Shown here piece by piece: positions 1-8,670 of a stretch of DNA of 64,000 nt. Under the pieces are notes generated by a model. That model was not told the DNA's origin. It saw only the letters and a program-made list of their open reading frames with translations, and searched no databases. The DNA lies in the NCBI GenBank assembly GCA_963829055.1, contig CAWHHI010000017.1, positions 96,001 to 160,000 on the forward strand, read 5' to 3'. The stretch's first letter is position 1. Each line of letters starts with the position of its first letter. The position numbers and the translations under genes are program-made. Source of the stretch: an uncultured Gemmatimonadaceae bacterium (GTDB taxonomy: Bacteria > Gemmatimonadota > Gemmatimonadetes > Gemmatimonadales > Gemmatimonadaceae).

Positions 1-449
1 ATCGAGACTCCGGGACACACGATCACGCCGCCACCGAGCCACGCCCGCGAGCCGATCGTGATCGGACGGGCCAGCTCGGCGCCGGCTGTACGCGTTGCCG
101 CGTCTCGCGGGTGATCCGCCGTGAGTAGCTGGACGTTCGGACCGAGTTGCGCGTGTGCGCCAATGATGATCGCTGCCGGATCGAGGAACACCGCGCCGAA
201 GTTGATGAAGACTCCGTCGCCCAGCTGTATCTGTGTCCCGTAGTCGCAGAGGAACGGTGGCTCGATCCACGCGCCGTCGCCCACGGCACCGAGGAGCTTG
301 GACAGGAGTGTCGCGCGCTGCGCGGCGTCTTCCGGATCGCTGGCGTTGAACTGCGCACAGAGCCGACGCGCGTGAACCCGGGCCGCGACGAGCTCCGGCG
401 CACTCGCGAGATAGAGATCGCCGCGCAGCATCTTCTCGCGTTCACTCAC
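1..449 (-). CDS. Sugar (maltose/galactoside-type) O-acetyltransferase, 3' end runs off the window
   Basis: Hand translation of the minus strand from GTG at 449 (in-frame ATG at 458 lies inside a repeat): SEREKMLRGDLYLASAPELVAAR...WIEPPFLCDYGTQIQLGDGVFINFGAVFLD...IGAHAQLGPNVQLLTADHP...ELARPITIGSRAWLGGGVIVCPGVS. This is the typical Maa/LacA pattern. Not in the ORF track because it has no stop in the window. Confidence 0.9.
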   Translation of the reverse strand, partial: MSEREKMLRGDLYLASAPELVAARVHARRLCAQFNASDPEDAAQRATLLSKLLGAVGDGAWIEPPFLCDYGTQIQLGDGVFINFGAVFLDPAAIIIGAHAQLGPNVQLLTADHPRDAATRTAGAELARPITIGSRAWLGGGVIVCPGVS

Positions 450-453
450 TGCA

Positions 454-589
454 GTCATTCCGAGCGGAGCGCCGAAGGCGCGGAGTCGAGGAATCGCGAT
501 CGTACGGGTAGAGGGGTTCCTCTATCGGGACGATCGCGATTCCTCGACTCGCTGTCGCTCGCTCGGAATGACCACCCGCTCGGAATGAC
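454..589. repeat. Family A REP-like palindromic doublet (GTCATTCCGAGCG...CGAGGAATC // GATTCCTCG...CGCTCGGAATGAC), with a duplicated right end
   Basis: Inverted arms are visible directly. Close copies at 11537-11644 and 14431-14569, a variant at 41037-41142, half copies at 28178-28200 and 45051-45064. Confidence 0.85.
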
Positions 590-658
590 GTCCCAGGTCT
601 TGCCCGCCGCGGCACCCTGCGGCAGAATCCATGTCGGTCCACGTGCGAGGAGCTCGTC

Positions 659-868
659 ATGACGGCCATGTTCGCGCAAGTCGCTCAGTTGATCCAGGGG
701 GCCTTGCTGCCCGAAAACCGATGGACGCTGCTACTCATTGCGGCCATCGGCCTCGGCGGATTCGCCGCGGTGCGTGGGAAGTTGACCGAGTCCTGGGTGC
801 TCATCCCGCTGCTCGCGCTGATCATCTGGTACGCGATGTATCGCTGGCTCGACCTCAGGGCCCGATAG
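659..868 (+). CDS. Small hypothetical membrane protein (69 aa, two hydrophobic segments)
   Basis: GAGGAG RBS just upstream; two predicted TM stretches; fills the gap without overlapping neighbours. Confidence 0.65.
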   Translation: MTAMFAQVAQLIQGALLPENRWTLLLIAAIGLGGFAAVRGKLTESWVLIPLLALIIWYAMYRWLDLRAR

Positions 869-887
869 CTGCGACGCCAGCTCCGTC

Positions 888-3317
888 TCAGCTCGATCGC
901 ATCGCGGCCATCGGATCGACGCGCGTGGCTCGACGAGCGGGGATGAGGCACGCGGCAACGCCGCTCACGACGAGCACCGCCACCACCGCCGCGAACACGG
1001 TTGGATCCGCGGTGCCCACGCCGAACAGCATCACCTGCAGGCCGCGCGCCAACAGTAGCGCGAGCACGAGGCCGATCGCGAGACCGACGCCGAGCTGCAC
1101 GAGCCCCTGACGTAGCACGAGCCGCAGGACGTCTCCGGGGCCGGCGCCAAGCGCGAGCCTAACGCCCATCTCCTGCGTGCGGCGGCTGACCGAGAACGAC
1201 ATCACGCCGTACAGCCCGATCGCGGCGAGGAACAGCGCCGCGACGCCGAACGCGCTGAACAGCGTACCGAACGTGCCGTAGAACCACGTGCTCAACGCCA
1301 CCACCTGGTCCATCGTCCGCACGTCGTACGTGGGGATATCGGCATCGATCGACGCGACGATCTCGCGCACGCGACTCGTGAGCGCCAGCGGATTCGCGTC
1401 CGACGTCCGAACGGCAACACTCACCGCGCTCGGCGCGGCCTGCGCCGCTGGCAGGTAGAAGCCCGCGCCGTTCTCCGCATCGCGCACGCCGTTCATGTGC
1501 GCGTCCGGCACGACGCCTACGATAGTCAGCCACGGCGCCGTCGACTTCTCTTCGCCGACGCGGAAGCGACGACCGATCGCGTCGCCGTTCGGGAAATGGC
1601 GACGCACGAAGCTCGCGTTCACGACGGCGACGGGAACGGAGCCCGCGCGATCGGCCGGCGTGAAGCCACGCCCCTGACGGATCGCAATGCCGAACGTCGA
1701 GAAGAACGTCGGCGTCACAGCGACCTCGCGCGCGAACGGGCGATCGTTCTCCGTCGCGTAGCGCTCGCCTTCGACCGTATACTCCGCGCCTGACGACGGC
1801 GTCAGCGGAAGCGCGGTCGAGAGCGTTACGGCGCGCGCGTTAGGCTCGCGCTCCAGCCGACGCGTGAGCTCCTCGACGAACCGCACACGCTTCTCTGCAT
1901 CCGGGTACGTGCTCGCGGGAAGATCGACGCGCGCGGTGAACATCGACGCCGTGGTGACGCCGAAATCAGTGCGCTGGAGCACCACGATACTCTTGATCGC
2001 CATCCCGGCCGCGACGAGCAGCGCACATGACAGCGCGACCTCCGCTATCACGAGCGCGCGGCTGAAGCGCGCGAGCCGGAAGCTCGACGAGCCGCGTCCC
2101 TCGTCCTTGAGCACGTCACCGATGCTCACGCCGGACGCCTGGATCGCCGGCAGCACTCCGGCGAGCAGACTCGCGAGCGTCGTGATGCCGACAGTGAACG
2201 CCACCACCGTGAAGTCCATGTTCACGCGAATCCAGAACGGAATCTCGATAGCGGACTTCATCGCGTTATTGAAGAACGAGACGCCGGCGAATCCGATGCC
2301 GAGCCCCAGTGCGCCACCTAACGCGGAAAGTACGAGCGCCTCCGCCATGAACTGGACGAGGATGCGACGACGCGTCGCGCCAAGCGCGCTGCGGATCGCG
2401 ACCTCGCGACTGCGCACGACGGCGCGCGCGAGCAGGAGGTTCGCAACGTTCGCGCAGGCGATGAGCAGCACGCCGAGCACGGCGACGAACATCGTATAGA
2501 AGAGCACGAGCTCGTCGCTGTTGACGAACTCCCGCGCGTACGGCTTGAGGATCGGCAGCACGCCCGCGTTCGTCGCCGGATAGCGCGTCTCGAGCGCCTT
2601 GGTCACCGTCGCCATGTTCGCGTAGGCGCGATCGAGTGACACACCGGGACGAAGTCGACCAAATACCTCGAGCCGCTGGCCCTCTCCGCGCGGAATCTCG
2701 AGGGGGTTCAGGCGGAGCGGGACCCAGATGTCCTGTCTGACCGGAAACGCGAACCCCTTGGGCATGACGCCGATGATCGTCGCGGGGTCGCCGTTCACCC
2801 GCACGACGCGCCCGATGATCCCCGGATCGCGCGCGAACCGGTTCTCCCAGATCGTGTTGCCGATGACGACCACGTTCGGCGCCCCGGGGCGTTCATCGTC
2901 CGCGGTCAGCGTGCGACCCATGGCTGCCCGCACACGCGCCAGGCCGAACATGCTCGCCGTCGCGAACGCGCCCGAATACCGCTCGGCTCGCGCACCCGGC
3001 GCGGCGAGATTGACCGTACCCTCGTAAAACGCGGCCAGGTCCGTGAACGATTGCTGCGCACTGCGCCAGTCGACGAAGTCGTGAATTGGAACCGGCACGC
3101 TCTGAACGCCTGCCGGCAGGTTGCTCTCCTCGATGTGAACGAGCTCCTCCGGCTTCTCCAGCGGCAGCCCCTTGAGAACGACACCGTCGAGGATGCTGAA
3201 CGTCGCCGTGGTCAGGCCAATACCCAGCGCGAACGCGAGCACGGCGATGGCCGAGAGGCCGGGGCTCCGCGCGAGAAAGCGCGTCGCGAGGCGAACGTCG
3301 GAGATCGATGACTTCAT
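888..3317 (-). CDS. Duplicated orphan ABC permease (ADOP; MacB_PCD/FtsX x2)
   Basis: 809 aa; LALGIG motif, LLIACANVANLLLAR, REVAIRSALGA, C-terminal EMGVRLALGA and PARRATRVDPMAAMR. Confidence 0.92.
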   Translation of the reverse strand: MKSSISDVRLATRFLARSPGLSAIAVLAFALGIGLTTATFSILDGVVLKGLPLEKPEELVHIEESNLPAGVQSVPVPIHDFVDWRSAQQSFTDLAAFYEGTVNLAAPGARAERYSGAFATASMFGLARVRAAMGRTLTADDERPGAPNVVVIGNTIWENRFARDPGIIGRVVRVNGDPATIIGVMPKGFAFPVRQDIWVPLRLNPLEIPRGEGQRLEVFGRLRPGVSLDRAYANMATVTKALETRYPATNAGVLPILKPYAREFVNSDELVLFYTMFVAVLGVLLIACANVANLLLARAVVRSREVAIRSALGATRRRILVQFMAEALVLSALGGALGLGIGFAGVSFFNNAMKSAIEIPFWIRVNMDFTVVAFTVGITTLASLLAGVLPAIQASGVSIGDVLKDEGRGSSSFRLARFSRALVIAEVALSCALLVAAGMAIKSIVVLQRTDFGVTTASMFTARVDLPASTYPDAEKRVRFVEELTRRLEREPNARAVTLSTALPLTPSSGAEYTVEGERYATENDRPFAREVAVTPTFFSTFGIAIRQGRGFTPADRAGSVPVAVVNASFVRRHFPNGDAIGRRFRVGEEKSTAPWLTIVGVVPDAHMNGVRDAENGAGFYLPAAQAAPSAVSVAVRTSDANPLALTSRVREIVASIDADIPTYDVRTMDQVVALSTWFYGTFGTLFSAFGVAALFLAAIGLYGVMSFSVSRRTQEMGVRLALGAGPGDVLRLVLRQGLVQLGVGLAIGLVLALLLARGLQVMLFGVGTADPTVFAAVVAVLVVSGVAACLIPARRATRVDPMAAMRSS

Positions 3318-3363
3318 GGGCGTCGTCCTGGTAGGTGAGTCGGCCGGTCCGGGATGAGGGACG

Positions 3364-3389
3364 GACGGACCCCGCCGGGAGAAGTTTCA
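3364..3389 (-). promoter_or_regulatory. Candidate ECF-sigma promoter (TGAAAC-N16-CGTC) upstream of the first ADOP permease
   Basis: Minus strand reads TGAAAC ttctcccggcggggtc CGTC about 47 bp before the ATG, matching the generic ECF AAC/CGT consensus. Pattern match only. Confidence 0.35.
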
Positions 3390-3462
3390 GCGATGTGACG
3401 AGACGAGACCCGCCTACACCAGGCGCACCGGACGCCGCCGTTCGCGGCGCGGCGCCGGCGTC

Positions 3463-4587
3463 TCAGTCGCCTTCAGGCTTCCACTCACCGGACAGCTCCT
3501 GCCACATCCGGTCGATCGCCGATCCCTTCATCTGCGCGTCGAAGTTCGCGCGGAGGAACGCATCGCCATGCGAGAAGCGTTCGCCTAACGCCGCGAGATC
3601 GATCGCGGCGCGGAGCTGATCCGCGGTCATTCCAGGACGGTACGCCGCCTTCGCCTGACGCGAGATCGACTCGAGCGTCTCGGCCACGTCGCGCAGATAT
3701 TGATTGTCGCGCATGACAGGCCCGTGCCCGGGGACGATGCTCGCAACGTCCATGCGCTCGATGGTGCGGAGGACGACTGCCCACTCGGTGATGTAGGACT
3801 CTGTCGCGAACGGGAACGGAAAGACAATGAGATCGCCGACGAGCAGACTTTTCGAGTCCGGCAGGTAAGCGACGATATCGCCGGCCGTGTTGCCGCGTCC
3901 GAGGAAGCTGAGCTCGACGCTGCGTTTGCCGAGGTCGAGTGTCAGCGTCGTATCGATCTGGCGGTCGACGCCGCGGTACTCCATCGCATCGCACTCCGGC
4001 ATCTGCGCATCCGTCGCCTCGGCGAAGTTCTGCAGGCGATGGAGTGTGGAGTCGGAGATCGGAGTGCCGTCGGGTCGCTTGCGGCTCGCGAGCAGGTCGC
4101 GGAGCGGCTGTGAGGAATCCACGAGATCTTTCCTGCACGCCTCGCCGCGAAAGCTGTCGCGACGACTCTCGATCATCTTCGCGGTGAACGTGTGCGCGAC
4201 GATCTGGACGCCGGGGTAGGCCCTGGCGATTTCGGCGTTGCCCGCCCAGTGATCGTCGTGCCAGTGTGAGATGACCACGTAGCGCACCGGCTTGTCGGTG
4301 AGCCGCTTCACGTCGCCGGCGATCTGCCGCGTGATCGACGGATGGTGTCCCGTGTCGAAGAGCAATACGGCGTCCGTACCGATCACCGCGATGATGTTGC
4401 TGCTGACGATCGGGTTGAGGCGCTTCTCGAAGAAGCCGTAGACGTTCGGCGCGATCTCGACGGTGTCGTAGTCGAACGGCCCGGGCGCGCGAACCGAGGG
4501 CGTGCCGGCCGTCGCCAACAGCGAAGTGGCGACGAGCGCGGATCGGCTGGCGCGGAGCCCAGTACGGGCGGGATGAGGTAGCCGCAT
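3463..4587 (-). CDS. Secreted MBL-fold metallo-hydrolase
   Basis: SHWHDDH metal motif, GNTAGD, LVGDL, VPGHG; signal-peptide-like N-terminus. The start at 4587 avoids overlap with the divergent peptidase. Confidence 0.85.
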   Translation of the reverse strand: MRLPHPARTGLRASRSALVATSLLATAGTPSVRAPGPFDYDTVEIAPNVYGFFEKRLNPIVSSNIIAVIGTDAVLLFDTGHHPSITRQIAGDVKRLTDKPVRYVVISHWHDDHWAGNAEIARAYPGVQIVAHTFTAKMIESRRDSFRGEACRKDLVDSSQPLRDLLASRKRPDGTPISDSTLHRLQNFAEATDAQMPECDAMEYRGVDRQIDTTLTLDLGKRSVELSFLGRGNTAGDIVAYLPDSKSLLVGDLIVFPFPFATESYITEWAVVLRTIERMDVASIVPGHGPVMRDNQYLRDVAETLESISRQAKAAYRPGMTADQLRAAIDLAALGERFSHGDAFLRANFDAQMKGSAIDRMWQELSGEWKPEGD

Positions 4588-4711
4588 TCGCCAAGGTTGC
4601 GCCGCGCATGCGGTGGTGATTGCACGATATTGTGCGACCGCCGGCGAGTGCGTCGCCCCTGTCGAGCCGAGGCGATAGCTTTCCTGTCGACCCACCCATA
4701 ACGGAGCGAAT

Positions 4712-6440
4712 GTGAACGCACCCGTCTTTCGTCGAACCGCGAGCCTCGGTGTCCTGGCGACCGTGGCCTGCCTCGCATGCAACTCCAGCGGCGAGGACGC
4801 GAGCCGGGATGCCGCGGTGTCCAGCGCGGCGCTGCAACCCGCGCTGGCGGCGATCACCGCCGACAACATTCTCCAGCACGTGAACCGCCTCGCGTCGGAT
4901 GGCTTCGAAGGGCGCGGTCCGGGCACGGCCGGCGAGGACAGCTCGGTCGCGTACATCACGGAGCAGTTCAAGGCGCTGGGCCTCGCGCCGGGCAATCCGG
5001 ACGGCACGTACATCCAGCCCGTCTCGATGATCGGCTACACGAGCCATCCCGATGCGTCGATCGCGGTTGGCGGGAAGACGATGAAGCTCCGCTTCCCTAA
5101 CGACTACGTCGCCGTCTCGCGCCGCAACGCGAACGCCATTCGCGTCGACAACTCGGACGTCGTGTTCGTCGGCTACGGCGTCGTCGCGCCCGAGTACGGC
5201 TGGGACGACTACAAGGGGCTCGACGTGAAGGGCAAGACGATCATCATGCTCGTCAACGATCCCGCGGTGCCGAGCCCGACGATTCGACGAAGCTCGACTC
5301 GACGATGTTCAAGGGCAAGGCGATGACCTACTACGGCCGCTGGACGTACAAGTACGAGATCGCGTCCGAGAAGGGCGCGGCGGCGGCGATCATCGTGCAC
5401 GAGACCGGGCCGGCGGGGTACCCGTACGAGGTGGTCGTTGGCAGCTGGGGCCGCGAGAACTTCGACGTCAAGGCGACTGGCCCGACGAATCGCGTGGCCG
5501 TCGAGGCCTGGATGGCACTCGACAAGACCAAGGAGCTGTTCCGCAACGCGGGGCTCAACTTCGATTCGCTCAAGAAGGCCGCGACGCGCAAGGACTTCAA
5601 GCCCGTCGCGCTCAACGCGAAGGCGACCTTCCACGTGCGCAACCAGGTGCGCGAGATCCAGTCGAAGAACGTCGTCGCGAAGCTCGAGGGATCGGACGCG
5701 AACCTCAAGGACGAGTACGTCGATCTACACGGCGCACTGGGACCACCTGGGCCGTGACACGACGCTCAAGGGCGACCAGATCTTCAACGGCGCGCTCGAC
5801 AACGCGTCGGGCGTCGGCGCGCTGCTGACCGTCGCCAAGGCGTTCAAGGCGCTGCCGAAGCCGCCGGCGCGGTCGATCCTCTTTCTCGCGGTGACGGCCG
5901 AGGAGCAGGGCTTGTTCGGCGCGAAGTAGTACGCCGACGCATCCGCTCTACCCGCTGAACAAGACGCTGGCGGACATCAACATGGACGGCGTCAACCAGT
6001 GGGGCAAGACGAAGGACCTGACGGTCGTCGGCTACGGCAACTCGACGCTCGATGACTTGTTAGGCACCGTGCTCGCGTCGCAGGGTGGCCGGACGATCAA
6101 GCCGGACCCGGAGCCCGAGAAGGGCTTCTTCTACCGCTCCGATCACTTCGAGTTCGCGAAGCAGGGCGTGCCGGCGCTCTACGTCGAGGCGGGCACGGAG
6201 TACGTCGGCAAGGACTCGACGTACGGCCAGAAGAAGCGCGACGAGTACACGGAGAACGACTACCACAAGCCGTCGGACCAGGTGAAGCCGGACTGGGATC
6301 TGTCGGGCGCGGTCGAGGACCTTCAGGCGTTCTTCCAGGTCGGGTATCGCGTCGCGCAGACGGACCGCTGGCCCGAGTGGAAACAGGGGACGGAGTTCAA
6401 GGCCAGGCGAGATTCGATGGTGAAGGGCGATAAGCCGTAA
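4712..6440 (+). CDS. M28-family aminopeptidase with PA domain, lipoprotein; broken by about 3 frameshifts and one in-frame TAG (probable sequence errors)
   Basis: Fragments join end to end: [13 protein letters not shown] / [19 protein letters not shown] / [12 protein letters not shown] / [28 protein letters not shown] / NMDG, FYRSDHF, YHKPSD. Breaks near 5280, 5722, 5927 and 5940. Confidence 0.88.
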
Positions 6441-6447
6441 AGAGCAG

Positions 6448-6548
6448 GCTGGTGGCTGGGTGCTCGTGCTGGTGGCTGGGTGACGCTGGATGGGGACCCG
6501 CTGCAACCAGCGTCACCCAGCAACAAGCACGAGCACCCAGCTACCAGC
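6448..6548. repeat. Long hairpin (42-bp arms) between convergent genes; arm equals module 1 of repeat family C; probable bidirectional terminator
   Basis: GCTGGTGGCTGGGTGCTCGTGCTGGTGGCTGGGTGACGCTGG (6448-6489) is inverted at 6507-6548. The same arm occurs at 8512 and 38278. Confidence 0.8.
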
Positions 6549-6559
6549 TCCTGCAGTTG

Positions 6560-7759
6560 TCAGTACCCGAGTGTCAAGGCAAGTGATTCAGTCGGTAGCA
6601 TGTCCTTCCATTGGTGGATGAGCCTCTGATACGCATGCCCGACCGCACGCTGTTTGCGGTCGATGTCGTAGAGGCCTAACGAGTTCACGCGGCCGTTGTT
6701 CTCGCGCAGGCTCGTGTCCCAGTCCACCTGGTCGATCAGCGAGTACCAGGTGAAGCCGACGATCGGGATGCCGTCTTCCTTGAGACGGATCATCTGGGCC
6801 CACTCCTTCCACAGCCACCGCTCGGCGAACGGCTCCTTGATGTTCGTCTCGGTGTGCATGACCGGGAGGCGATAGCGGCTGAAATATTGCCGAGCGAGGA
6901 TGTAGTAGCCGAAGATCTCGCCAGCCGTCTTCGTCTCGCGCTCCTCGCAGACGAGGTGCTCGTTCGTCTCGTAGTAGTCCGTTCCCATGATGCAGTGCGC
7001 CTTCACGCGGTTCTCCTGGAACCAGCGGTACTCCTCGCGGGTCATGCCGTAATCCATCAGGTATTGATAGATCGGCGCGGAGACGGGATAGCCATACGTG
7101 AGGTCGAGCGCGAGAAAGCGTCGCTCGTTGAGAAAGCGCGCGAGCGGCAAGCACGTCGGATCCTCCGGATGGAAGTACTCCGACGATTCGCTCTGGATGA
7201 ACGTGGGGCGGTCGATCGTGCCGAGGATCGCGACCATCGCGCGCACGTTCGCCTCGCACAGATGCCTGATCGCGGTGACGAACGCGCGCTCGCTGCGCAG
7301 CCGTTCGTTCCACCAGCCGTTCAGCGCGGAGAACGTCGCGGCGATGAAGATCTCGTTGACAGGCGTGTAGAGCTTGAGCCACGGATAGCGCTGCGCGAAC
7401 GCGCGCGCGTATTCGGCGAAGTGGCGGGGGAAGTCCGGGTTCTGAAAGTCGCCGAGCCAGTCGGGAATCCCGAAGTGACAGAGGTCGACGATCGGCGTGA
7501 TGCCGAGCTCGCTCAGGGCGTTGAATGTCTCATCCGCGAACGACCAGTCGTAGCGGCCGGGACCGAGATGCGTACGGTAGTACGGCGGACCGTAGCGGAG
7601 AAACGGGATGCCCATCTCGACCACGAGGCCGAAGTCCTCGCGCCACCGCTCGTAGTGTCCCGTCTTCTCCATCTCGTCGACGCGCATGGTGCTTCCATCC
7701 GGGAGCGCGACAGTCGGGTAACTGTTCTCGATGCCGGACGCGAACATGAAGTCGTGCAT
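6560..7759 (-). CDS. Glycoside hydrolase family 1-like protein
   Basis: FMFASGIENSYP, HYERWREDF, LRYGPPY, DLCHFG, YTPVNE (acid/base), MHTETN (nucleophile), GFTWYSLIDQVDW. Confidence 0.85.
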   Translation of the reverse strand: MHDFMFASGIENSYPTVALPDGSTMRVDEMEKTGHYERWREDFGLVVEMGIPFLRYGPPYYRTHLGPGRYDWSFADETFNALSELGITPIVDLCHFGIPDWLGDFQNPDFPRHFAEYARAFAQRYPWLKLYTPVNEIFIAATFSALNGWWNERLRSERAFVTAIRHLCEANVRAMVAILGTIDRPTFIQSESSEYFHPEDPTCLPLARFLNERRFLALDLTYGYPVSAPIYQYLMDYGMTREEYRWFQENRVKAHCIMGTDYYETNEHLVCEERETKTAGEIFGYYILARQYFSRYRLPVMHTETNIKEPFAERWLWKEWAQMIRLKEDGIPIVGFTWYSLIDQVDWDTSLRENNGRVNSLGLYDIDRKQRAVGHAYQRLIHQWKDMLPTESLALTLGY

Positions 7760-7861
7760 GGGGCGGGACTGGGATCGGGGGTCGGGGCAGCGTGGGCATA
7801 GTGAACCGTGGCCAAGTGCAGCAGTCGGGCCGCGCGTCGCTGGCATTGATAGCTTTCGGCC

Positions 7862-8492
7862 ATGGCTGAGCGAAGGCACGGCGCGAAGGCGCCCGCCGAC
7901 GGATGGGACCGTGTCCGGGGCCGACTGGTCCGACAAGGACATTTCGGGCGAGACGCACGAGCGCGTCGCGTTCGTCGACCTCGACCTGACGGAGGTCGTC
8001 AACAACGGAGCGACGTTCTCCGAGTGCACGTTCCGTCGCGCGCGCTTCAACGCGTCGGTGCACACGGACGCGGCATTCATGAACTGCACATTCACGAATT
8101 GCAACTTCTTCGACGCGCAGTTCCATCAGTGCAAGCTCGTCGGAAGCATGTTCGACCGCTGCACGTTCGAGATCACGAAGGTGGTCGGCGGGAACTGGTC
8201 GCTGGTCGGATTGCCGGGCGCGGATCTCCGTAGCGCGTCGTTCACCGGCGCGCGCATGCGCGAGGCAGATCTCACGGGTGCGCGCTGTCGGGAGGGGTCG
8301 TTCCGCGACGTCGATCTCGCGGGTGCGCTGCTGGCGCGTGCGGACTTCTCGTTATGCGACCTGCGGGGGAGTGACCTGAGCTCGCTGGACCCGGCGGAGA
8401 CGGAGATCCGGGGCGCGATCATCACGCTCGATCAGGCGATCGTGATCGCAACCGCGCTCGGCCTCGATATCCGGGCGGATGAGGAGGACTGA
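7862..8492 (+). CDS. Pentapeptide-repeat protein (MfpA/Qnr-like fold); probable +1 frameshift near 7893
   Basis: A(D/N)LxX pentapeptide runs (ADLRSASFTGARMREADLTGARC...). ATG at 7862 joins the main frame if one C is removed from gcgcccgccg. Confidence 0.82.
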
Positions 8493-8511
8493 ACTGCAGG
8501 ACTGAACTGCA

Positions 8512-8663
8512 GCTGGTGGCTGGGTGCTCGTGCTTGTTGCTGGGTGACGCTGGGTGCGGCTGCGATGCAGCGAGCAGCGCGTGGCGTACCGGGCGCTAAT
8601 AGCAGCAGCGCGCAGCGTGCGGCCGCAGCATGCAGCCGTCGGCAACAGTTCCCAGCGTGCAGC
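8512..8663 (+). repeat. Family C intergenic repeat (module 1 plus conserved core AATAGCAGCAGCG(C/G)GCAGCGTGCGGCCGCAGCATGCAGCCGTCGGCA)
   Basis: Copies at 38278-38430, 53567-53660 and 57113-57202 (reverse). Confidence 0.85.
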
Positions 8664-8670
8664 CGCGTGT

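Noticed and set aside
3485..5047. Long alternative-frame and antisense ORFs (for example 3485-5047, 21418-23145, 58667-60031)
   Set aside because: Arg/Ala/Pro-rich shadows of real genes, expected at high GC; no motifs.
5927..5929. In-frame TAG in the M28 peptidase as pyrrolysine or stop-codon reassignment
   Set aside because: TAG is one base from TAC in an expected KYY-type context, the gene has several nearby indels, and TAG ends many other genes here. A sequence error is more likely.
7862..8492. Calling the pentapeptide protein a qnr resistance gene
   Set aside because: The fold is shared by many chromosomal proteins; no mobile context or recognisable Qnr identity.
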